Source: Spirogloea muscicola (taxonomy: Eukaryota). From it: a DNA stretch of 53,915 nucleotides. The translations under genes were made by a program, and so were the position numbers. Within the stretch, counting starts at the first letter, position 1. The number at the start of each line of letters is the position of its first letter. Under the pieces are notes generated by a model, which searched no databases, had not been told where the DNA came from, and saw only the letters and a program-made list of their open reading frames with translations. Location: assembly GCA_009602725.1 (NCBI GenBank), contig WELB01000015.1, positions 167,398 to 221,312 on the forward strand, written 5' to 3'. This document shows, in pieces, positions 24,261 to 34,031 of the stretch.

Positions 24261-24433
24261 GGGGGGGGGGGACGTCACGAGCCGTCAGATGCGCTCATCC
24301 GACGGACAGCAGCACCTACCTCGACGCTCCACTTGGCACCACCCGAGACGCAACGGAGCTGCACACCGGCTCTCAAGCAGCGGAAGGCCCACGTCAGTGG
24401 AGATGTCAGCTGACTGCTGACCGCTGCAGCTGA

Positions 24434-24468
<35 letters not shown>

Positions 24469-24583
24469 CGCCGCCGTCGTCAGTCACGCGGCTTCGCGTT
24501 GGGTCCAGGGTACGGCGAGTCACAGCTGGAGCAGCGGCCGCCGCCCAGCCGCCTTCGCCGGTGCTGCGGCCAAGGCCACCGCG

Positions 24584-26450
24584 ATGGCCGCCGGCGCGGC
24601 GGCCATGGAGTACCGGCAGCTGGGCCGCACGGGCCTCAAGGTGTCGGTGCTCTCGTATGGCGCCTGGGTCAGCTTCGGCAACCAGGTCCGCAGCCGCCGC
24701 CGCCGCCGCCGCTGCGCCGTCGCCGCCGCCGCCCCTCCGCCGGCCGTGCTCTGACGACGGCGGCGGCGTCGGCGGCGGCGGCGGCGGCGGCGTCGCAGGT
24801 GGACGTGGAGGCGGCGAAGCGGCTGATAAAGAAGGCGTACGACCTGGGCGTCAACTTCTTCGACAACGCGGAGGTGTACGCCAACGGCAAGGCGGAGGAG
24901 ATCATGGGGCAGGCGATCCGCGAGCTGGGCCTCCGCCGCTCCGACCTCGTCATATCTACCAAGCTCTTCTGGGGCGGGCCCGGCGTCAACGAGAAGGGCC
25001 TGTCGCGCAAGCACGTCGTGGAGGGCGCGCGCGCCTCGCTGCGCCGCCTCGGCATGGACTACGTCGACCTCATTTTCTGCCACCGGCCCGACACCGCGAC
25101 GCCCATCGAGGAGACCGTGCGCGCTATGAACTTCGTCATCGACCAGGTTGCGCTCCCGCGGCTTTGCGCCCCGCTGCTGCTGCGCTCTCCACGGTCATCG
25201 AGAGGCGACGCTTCTGGGTTTTGCCAGACCGCAGCTGGGTCTTGGTTATCGACGCCATCTGAGGCGCTCTGCCGCTGTGTGGCGCTCGGTTGCTGCTGTG
25301 CTCTGCAGGGCTGGGCGTTCTACTGGGGCACATCAGAGTGGTCATCGCAGCAAGTGACGGAGGCGTGCGAGGTGGCCAAGCGCCTGAACCTCGTCGGACC
25401 GGCCATGGAGCAGCCAGAGTACAACATGCTCACTCGCGAGAAGGTGCTGTAACCATACGCTCAAACGACTCTGACTGCACTGCTTGACCGTACTCGTGCC
25501 GCCCAACCGTATTCCGGTTGGTAGGCCACAGCGAATGGTTGCTAACAGCCTACCCATCAATATCAGCTTGTGGACCTGCCCACAAGGCCTTCTACCTTTG
25601 TGGCAGTCCGGTTGTGAGCACCATATGGCTGGTTCCCTTTGGCAGGTGGAGGCCGAGTACCTGCCGCTCTACAAGAACTATGGGCTGGGTCTGACAACAT
25701 GGAGCCCGCTAGCATCAGGCGTGCTCACTGGCAAGTACACCAAGGACAACATTCCTCACGACTCACGCCTGGCACTTACCAACTACAAGGCAAGCCACTG
25801 GCCTCACAATAGACAACCCATCACTTATTATTCTATACATTGTGCCCTTGTAGGATAACACTGTCAGGATGACTTGCTATTTAGCCTATGCTCTGATAGT
25901 GCTTGACATTGCTACTGTGGCTTGAAATGGATTGGACATGTTGTTGGGGACAGGGCCTGGCAGAGCGCAAGCTGGTGGATGAGGTCCTGGACAAGGTTCA
26001 GCAGCTGCGGCCTATCGCAAAGGAGCTGGATGTGACGCCGGCACAGCTCGCACTAGCATGGTGTGCCAAGAACCCCAATGTCTCAACTGTCATCACGGGT
26101 GCGACAAAGGAATCGCAGGTGCAGTGCAGCTGCTTTTGTTACCCAAATTCATATGTCAAAGTTGGCAGCTGTTTCTTTTACAGTCTGACCTCCTGACACA
26201 AGCGCAATGATGTTACTCAAAGGTGGCAAGTGTTAAGTCAAGCAGTGGGCTTGCAAGTTGGTAACCTGCATAGTTTTACAGAAAGTCAGTGATGAGGGTT
26301 GTTGAGCTGACTCTGGTGTGGACCATGGCGGCACAGATAGAGGAGAACATGAAAGCACTGGCAGCCATCCCGAAGCTGACGCCTGAAGTGATGGAACGCA
26401 TTGAGGCCATTATTCGGAGCAAGCCAGCACTGCCTGACAACTTCCGCTGA
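24584..26450 (+). CDS. KAB1: voltage-gated K+ channel beta subunit (aldo-keto reductase family 6), 6 exons
   Basis: Exons 24584-24685, 24799-25146, 25309-25443, 25646-25789 (GC donor), 25954-26118, 26337-26450. [76 protein letters not shown]. Alternative ATG at 24605. Confidence 0.96.
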
Positions 26451-26960
26451 GCGGTGACAACTTCCGCTGAGGCAGTACCTATCCAGCTGGACATGCTTGC
26501 TAGTCAAGTGGCGCCACTTTCAGGTTCTAGAAGTCAGCTTCTTGACTGCTCACCTTGGCGTGCATAGATTCCATTCTTTCATTTACGGTTGCCATCTGTT
26601 GGCACCGATGCCGAGCCTCGAAGAATGCAGGCTCTGCTCTGTCAAGCCAAATACAGTGGTCAGAGTGGGCAACAAGTGCTGCTTCTTGTGAGCATCTCTT
26701 GTACGGCAGCAGCGGCACCAATTCAGCTGCTGCTGTGGCAGCACATTCAGGGCACTGTTTCATGGTGCCATCAGGCGAGGGAAATTACAGCAGGCCAGCA
26801 GTCGTGTGACTTGCACATTTCACATCAAATCAAATTTGGATATAAAATCTTTCACTACACCGAACACAACAATGCGGCGAAGAGCTTAAGTGTGTTGCAA
26901 GCACGCACCTTTGGTACGGTGGTGGCCTCTGACTGTATGGTAATCACAGAAGTGCTTGCT

Positions 26961-29390
26961 TCAGAAGACATTTGGCGAGAGCTCAGAGATAGGCAACCTG
27001 CGGCCTACAGCTTTGCAGGCAAGGTTGGCCGATTTGGTGGCCATGTTCTTGCTGCTCCGAAGCGGCAACTTTGCTGGAAGCTTTCCGCATGTATCGAGGG
27101 CTTTGGGGTCGTGAGCATTTGTTCTGCTGTCCATTGCCGAGGCCGGTGGCAGGAGCCGGTGATCGTCGGCATTGGCGACGATACTGGGCAGACCGTATTT
27201 CTGACGGACCAGCGATGGCTGTGCCATCGCTGGTGTTGGATGGTCGTCTTCACTGCCGCCGGCGGTCCCTGAGCCGCTGCCCTCGGTCACAGCATGGGCT
27301 ATGGCCGTCAGCCTTGGCAAGTGCTCGACGCTGGAAGTGGGGGCCCGCGGCGGCAGGCCCAGCGCCGCCCGGATCCGCGCTGCGGTCTCCAGCCGACGCC
27401 GTCGTTGCCGCGCTGCCGCTGCTCGCACCCGTGCATTCTCGAGTTGCAGTGCTGCCACCAGCCGGTCACCTGGCAGCACCGCAGCACTGTCGTTGCAGTG
27501 CACTGTATCACCAGATGGCTCCAGCAAGACGCGGCAGCTGCAGCCTGGCGGGCTCGTTGCCGGGCAGCGCCACAGCGGAGGTGAAGCGGCCACCATGCCA
27601 TCGGCGGCGGCGCGCAGCTGCGCTAACTCTGCCGTCAGCTCCTGCACACGGGCCCGCAGGGCACCGGCTGTAACCTGCGGCGCAATGGAGGCAGCCATGG
27701 AGTAGCATCAGTCAGGGCGGCGATTGCCATCACGTGAACTGGCACCTTGGGTTGCCGAAGGCATGGCCATGACAGCGCACCTTGATGTCCGTGGACGACG
27801 GCAGTCTTGGCAGCACTGGTGATGGGCCCTTCTGCGGTGGTAGCTCATGGCCAGGTGCGCCCCGCAGCGCAGCAAGCAGTCGCGAGCTTCCCGAGCTCAC
27901 GGGCGACGACGCAGCATCGACCTCCACGTCAGAGGACAGCGACAACGTGGGACTCTGCCAGGCGATGGCGTCGTTGCTGCTGCTGCTGGACCCTGCCAGC
28001 GGCTGTGGCGGCGGCGAGGGAGCGTCCGTGGCTGTGGCTCCGGCATGGGCGTCCGAGCCGCCGCCACCGGCAGCTCCAATGGCCACGAGCCCCTGCAGGC
28101 CTGTCAGCACGGCCGAGAGCCGGACGCTGCCGTCACCGATGTTGCCACCGCCTCTCCCCGAGACGGCGGCCCCACCAAGCTTCTCCTGCCGTCACCGTGG
28201 CCACCCCATCTCAGAGGCCGGCAAGAGATTGATGCAACTATTGGGATCGAACACTTAATCTTTGGTTTTGGAGACCATTATTCTACTTTGATTCTCGAAA
28301 TTGCGGCTCGGCTGAGATTTTCCAGACTGAATGATAAATACAAAAATGTCATTTCATGCTATGATCTTCACTGTCACTCTGAAGAAGAGATACCAAAAGA
28401 AAAGTCAACACAAAACACAACCAAACTAGTCCTACAGAGAAATAATTCAGTGCACGATGACAGGCTGCACTAGCGGGGCTGCGTCGCCCGAGATGCGTAC
28501 CAGGAGGGCCTCGACAGCCTGCTGCAGGCGGCCACCGAGGTCCACATCGGCCCGGTGGCCTTGCTCACCCATCTGCGCCGCAGCACCATCGAGCGTCGTT
28601 GCTGGCGGCGAGGCCGACGACGCCGCCTGGCCAAAGGACATGCGGCGGCGTACCGCCACGAGGCCCTCGCCATCTGAGGTGTTGCTCCCGGCGCCGGCGC
28701 TGAAGCAGGCGGCGAGGGCCTCGAACTCGTCGGAGCCGAAGTCCACGGCCAGCGGCGGTTCCGTCTCCGGCCACGACGCCGTCTCCCACTCCGACGCCTC
28801 GCCGTCGCTGCCGTCGCTGCCGCCGCCGCAGCGGTCCGGCAATGGCGGCGGCGGCGGCGCGGCTCCTACGATGCGGGAGCGGGCCTCCAGGCAGCGCGCC
28901 TGCAGCTCAGCCGGCGTCCTGCAGAGCACGAGCTGCGGGCCCGGCGGCGTGGCCGACGCCGGCTCCTCCGCCGCCGCGGCCGTTGTGGCGCCTCCCACGA
29001 CGTCGTCGTCCGCGCCGTCGGCCAGCGGCGGCGGCTGTGACGCGGGCGTCGGGCCCCTCCAGGCTTGCCAATCCAAGCTGTCGCGAAGACACGGCGAGCC
29101 GTCGCCATCGCCATTGCCGCCGCCGCCGCCGCTGCTGTCACTGCCGCCGCCGCCGTCGCCACCGGCGGCGCGCAGCGACGTGGCGGCGCCGNNNNNNNNN
29201 NNNNNNNNNNNNNNNNNNNNNNNNNNNNNNNNNNNNNNNNNNNNNNNNNNNNNNNNNNNNNNNNNNNNNNNNNNNNNNNNNNNNNNNNNNNNNNNNNNNN
29301 NNNNNNNNNNNNNNNNNNNNNNNNNNNNNNNNNNNNNNNNNNNNNNNNNNTCCGATCTCCGCCTCCGCCGCCGACGCCCTGCCGCGGCAT
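26961..29390 (-). CDS. hypothetical low-complexity protein with a predicted short coiled coil (at least 3 exons, interrupted by a gap)
   Basis: Three long GC-rich ORFs join in phase 0 through GT-AG introns: [29390..gap..]-28501, 28185-27781, 27674-26961. Candidate ATG at 29390 follows a (GGC)n leader like the other genes. No recognisable domain. Confidence 0.6.
29192..29350. other. assembly gap (N run)
   Basis: N run within the first exon region of the hypothetical gene. Confidence 0.95.
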
Positions 29391-29411
29391 GACCACGACT
29401 GCCGCCGTCGC

Positions 29412-29442
<31 letters not shown>

Positions 29443-29674
29443 AAGTGCGGCGCGAGGCGCGGAGGGCGCGGGGAAAGGAGGGTTGATTTGAAGGTCAGTG
29501 CGCGGGAGAGCAGCGTCAGTACCAGCCGGCGTCAGCTGACACCGTGTTCTCCCCAGCGTCTGCTCTGACGTTCTTCTCCCCGCAGCTTTGCAGCTTTGCT
29601 GACGCTGTTCTTGAAAGCGAAGAATGTTTACTTGATTGCTGACATTCATCTGCCAGTGAGAGCCAAGGGCCACT

Positions 29675-29930
29675 CAAACGTCCACGGGGCGTGTGGGCCT
29701 CGGTGGCTTGACCTCCTTTTCTTCGTTACAGCACCCTGCTCGCGCAATGCGTGGTGTCCAGACGGCAGCAAGAGAGAGAGAAGCCCAGCCACCTGCATCT
29801 CCCTCTGCACCGTCTTGCACTCTGTAGTGTAGTCCTTTTTCAGCACCTCTTTCTTCGGCTTTGAACATTGTCCATTCTTTTTGGGTTGGCTTTGCCAGCC
29901 CCTCTTCTCAATGGGCGAGCACCTTCTTCT
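29675..29930 (+). mobile_element. degenerate, internally deleted CRE-like 3' fragment
   Basis: NVHGACGPRWLDLL motif followed by a UTR similar to 20140-20240, with terminal hairpin and aatgggcgagcac. Confidence 0.7.
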
Positions 29931-29939
29931 AAGTGGGCG

Positions 29940-30955
29940 ATGGCTGTGCAAGGCAGCCGGAAATGAGTGGACAAAGTCCGACGGCAGCAAGGGTAGCAGC
30001 CACTTTGTACAAGAATCAAGAGGGCCACATCAAGGACACTCCGCAGGTAACCAGGCGCAGGTCTGCTGACAAGAGCATGCATTGCTGACATTGACGTTGA
30101 CAAGCAAGGGGTTGTCGACTATTAAGCACTTCGTGTCATGACTGGGAATGGCCAGCCCAAAAGTGTGGACAAGGTCCAGATGGGGGAAATGGCTGTGTTC
30201 GTGTTTCCAGGAAGGGGGCAATGCCTGTGAAAGGCCCTGTTTGAAAGACGAACGTACAAGGTCCGTATGGGCCAAAGAGCGAAAACCACACGGCTAAGTA
30301 AGTGTTTACTACAGAAGGGTGCTCAAATTTTTCTACTCAGCAGCCACAAGTCAGAGTTGTTTGCAGCCAGAAAAGTGTCACCGTGTTGAAACCTGGAAAC
30401 AGCAGCCAAAGCGCGGCCTGCAAGCAGATGCTCTGCAAACGCCTGGCAACCCTGGTGCGAGACTGACAGACGCAATTCGGAGTATCTGAGTGAGCGACCC
30501 AGCTCGTTCAGGGTTGCTCACCTTGCTGGCCTTGACATCAGGTTATTGCTCGTCGTGTGAGCCGCTGGAAACGATGTTACCGTAACTCAAGAGCATTGAT
30601 TGCTAGAGCAACGAAGTGGTCACTGTCAAGGTGGTCTACTTGCGCTCCTTGACGGCCGCAGCCTTGCCTTCCCGTCTGCCCGTCTGTGAGAGGGCAGCCC
30701 AAAAGTAAACACGACTGGACAAGGTCCAGAGGTGCTAAATGAAGGAGAAGCTTTGCCAGAAGGGGGCGAGGGCTGAAAGGCCAGCCCGACATGGAGAACA
30801 AGATTCAAAGCCGAAAGCGCTAGATCATTTAGTCATGCAAGTGTCACGAAGGATGGTTGCTAAGTAACCCCTAGTTAGCAGCCTTAAGTTAGAAAGACTA
30901 GCAGCCGGAATGCAGTACCCTTGCCAGTAGCCAGAGTTGGTAGAGCCTGCTCAAC
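29940..30955 (-). mobile_element. several older, degenerate CRE-like 3' fragments in tandem
   Basis: LSNLRLLTRGY at about 30864-30897, AGSLTQILR at about 30480-30505, DLRLVTCG at about 30042-30065; UTR hairpin and ggacaaggtcca motifs at 30140-30180, 30690-30730 and 30762-30790. Confidence 0.6.
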
Positions 30956-30957
30956 AA

Positions 30958-32632
30958 GAGAGAAGGCGCGCGGGGCGCATGAAATGAAATGGAGGCCAGT
31001 TCAAGCGGATACAATGTTCAGGCAGAGTCTAGGGCAAACAAAACAGGGCTACATGATACGGAGACTTAAACTAAGGTGCCTAAGGTAAAATCAGTACCCA
31101 CGGGTGAGCACAAACAAATCCGACAAGCTAACTTGGGGAGCTGATACGCCGCCACGAAAGCCGGGGGCCGGACTTAGAGCGCGCCCTGCACGTTGATGAA
31201 GAGCCAATGCTTGCGAGCGCTGCAAACTAAGAGAGCCGCATTCTATAACATGCAACTAAGGCCTGCGGAATGCTGGAGTGGCCCAAGCTGCCCCCCCGAC
31301 TTCGACGACGCGCACCAACCAGCCGGGCCAGATGCTGGATCAGGGAGGACCATTTTACGCCGTAGCCTCCGTAGATATCCGTGGCACACAGATAAAGATG
31401 GTCCCCTCGGGGATGGTCCTGGTAGTGCTGCTCCTTCTTGCGCTCCACGCTGGACGTGGCCCAGCCAGACACGGTTGACGTGGGTGCGCCAGCCTTGTAT
31501 GCGTCGATCAGTACCACGTCCAGGAGCAGACTAGGCCCCACCGCCCCGGGGGGTGGCGACCACGTCCAGACGCCGCTTGTATGGCTTGCCGCGCCTTGAG
31601 GAGATCGGCAAGATGCCGGTCACCTCCATCGCCGGATGATACCCCGCCTCTCGCACAATTCCAAAAATAGTGTCCCTGAGTAAGTTGTCGGAGGCAATGC
31701 GCTCACCCCCCTCAACACATCTCAGCATATGAGCAGCTAGATCGAGCTTGTCATCGGCAATGTGGCCACACTCGCACTGGCGAATGCCAGCCAAGCAAGG
31801 GGGGGGGAGGCCGAGGTGGTGGTGGAGCGCTGTGCGAAACAGGTTGTCTGTGAGCCGAAGGGACTCGTATATCGGCAGAGCGTTTAGCCACTCAGACGCG
31901 CCCGGGGAGCTGATAGAAAGGAGCCGGGTGAGGCCACGTCCATCGTCCTTGAGCAGTCCCTTCAATTCAGAGGCGGCCTGCACGTCCGCAGCGTGAGTGT
32001 AGTGCGCCTGCGCTTTCCTTTCAGAACAGCGTGCCCATGCCGCAAAATCTGCATGACCCTCTGCAAGTGTTGGTAAAGAGCGCGAGAGGTCATGCAGTGC
32101 TGCGGTTAGAGAAAGCTGGAAGGGCAGGTTCCCTGTTGCAACACCCGCTATAGCGGGTGCTAAAACAGCCTGGCCCCTCAGTGAAGCGACTGGAGATGGT
32201 GGAGGCCACTTGAGCCCAGCAACCCAGGTGAGCTGCTTGGGACAGGCGAGCCAGTGGACGGCACCCAAGGCCGCCTTTGCTGGTAAGAAGGGTACACTGT
32301 AGGATGGTAGCCGGCGTCGCGGATAGATTGGGATGGTCCACCAGGCCGTGAAGAGCCTGTTGGAGTCTGGAGTCCATGGTAGAGTAGACGGCCCCTAGTG
32401 CAGAGGTGGGGGTAACAGTCCAAACAGGTAAGTGGGACGCTGGGCCACACAGCGGGTGAGGATGGCCACCGCAAGCTGCGCGTCCTGTAAGGAGGGGAGG
32501 GCCGCGAGGGTCTGGAGATGGTTCTCAAGGGTGGACTCCACAACTTGCTCCACATGCGCAGCAGCCCCCAACGGGTCTCCAAGCACCACCATGCCAATGG
32601 TGGGGTCTGGCACCCAGCCGGCAGCTTGATGG
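30958..32632 (-). mobile_element. longest CRE-like copy (family D): RT C-terminal region, zinc finger, RLE and 3' UTR; pseudogenised
   Basis: GMVVLGDPLG, SKGGLGCR, WLNALP...F.TAL..HLGL, CECG..D...HMLRC.EGGERI..LLRD, KRRLDVV..LLLDVV..KKEQHY, ..VLTRGY* (stop 31091). Contains frameshifts and an in-frame stop at 31531. Confidence 0.85.
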
Positions 32633-33250
32633 AGAATGCGGCTGCTGATACTAAAGAATCGGCTGTAAATTGCCAGCCAGATGCAGACAGGTGTTCATGA
32701 CGGAGCCAAAGGCTAAGCAGACAGGGCGCCCCGCCCTCAATACCCCCGTGTCAGCAGTAGGAAGTCAGATGAGCTGAGGGGAGGAAGAGCAACCCCGCTG
32801 CGCAAAGCAGAGGCTGCTGCAAGGGCGCGACCAGCCCGGCGACGCAAAGCAATCGCCTGGGACCGCTGTAGGCACATAGACAAACGCATTTGGCAGCAGG
32901 ACACAAGACCCAAAGGCACCGAGCCACCGAGAAGGGCTGCACCCTGTCCCTGGCGCCGCTGGTCAGCTTGAGAGGCCAGCAGCGAAAGTAACGAGGACCA
33001 CCGACCCCCGAAACACCCATGGATAGCCATGGCCAGGGGGTAAAAGGTATCGCCCGCCAGGTGGTCCTTGTACTCGTGCAACTTCTTCTGTACGGCCACC
33101 TTCACGGCATAGCCGGTCTCAGAAGTATTGGGGCCCTTCGTCCGGAAGCTGTCGGAAGAAAAAGAAAATAAAAAAAAAAGTTGAGGATAGGGGCTGGGAA
33201 AGCCAGCCCAAAAAAGAATGAACAGAGTACTGTAGGAAGCTGTCCTAAAC
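32633..33250 (-). mobile_element. family C CRE-like 3' end (32633-33155) preceded by a family B 3' UTR (33156-33250)
   Basis: GYAVKVAVQKKLHEY..FYPLAMAIHGCFGGRW...RLSMCLQRSQA...LLTRGY* (stop 32737). Its UTR matches 44039-44140. Confidence 0.82.
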
Positions 33251-33254
33251 AGCA

Positions 33255-33648
33255 AGGGGAAGGTGTGTATTAGGAGATGGGGAGGCCATGTGTGGCCAAG
33301 TACAAAGGCAAGCACATTGACAAATGCACGTCACCTGCTGCTAAGCCGACCCGCTCAGTAACCACGAGTCAGCACATAGAGGTCGCTAGCTGATGCTCGA
33401 ATACCGGATGGCAATCGACAAGCTCTCGAACTACCAGCCAAGGCTCGACCAGCTTTCTGATGCAACGCATGAGCCTGAGCTCGCTGCAGACAAGCTGACA
33501 CTCGACGTCGCAAAAATGACAGGTAGGCAGCCGGCATACCCATCTGGGCTGGAAGCATATCCTCGCGTCGTGCATATCCCAGACTCGCTATGTTCTCAAG
33601 TAGGGTATGGAAGCGAGGACCCAAGCAGCCGAAAGTGTCGATTGCGGC
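33255..33648 (-). mobile_element. family A CRE-like 3' end running into a gap
   Basis: AIDTFGCLGPRF...LQRAQAHALHQKAGRAL...DLYVLTRGY* (stop 33355); frame intact in the visible part. Confidence 0.85.
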
Positions 33649-34031
33649 NNNNNNNNNNNNNNNNNNNNNNNNNNNNNNNNNNNNNNNNNNNNNNNNNNNN
33701 NNNNNNNNNNNNNNNNNNNNNNNNNNNNNNNNNNNNNNNNNNNNNNNNNNNNNNNNNNNNNNNNNNNNNNNNNNNNNNNNNNNNNNNNNNNNNNNNNNNN
33801 NNNNNNNNNNNNNNNNNNNNNNNNNNNNNNNNNNNNNNNNNNNNNNNNNNNNNNNNNNNNNNNNNNNNNNNNNNNNNNNNNNNNNNNNNNNNNNNNNNNN
33901 NNNNNNNNNNNNNNNNNNNNNNNNNNNNNNNNNNNNNNNNNNNNNNNNNNNNNNNNNNNNNNNNNNNNNNNNNNNNNNNNNNNNNNNNNNNNNNNNNNNN
34001 NNNNNNNNNNNNNNNNNNNNNNNNNNNNNNN
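33649..34031. other. assembly gap (N run) hiding the PDH E1 alpha start and the element's 5' junction
   Basis: N run. Confidence 0.95.

Noticed and set aside
28457..29568. Long plus-strand ORFs overlapping the hypothetical gene
   Set aside because: Antisense shadows of GC-rich coding sequence, artificially extended through N runs
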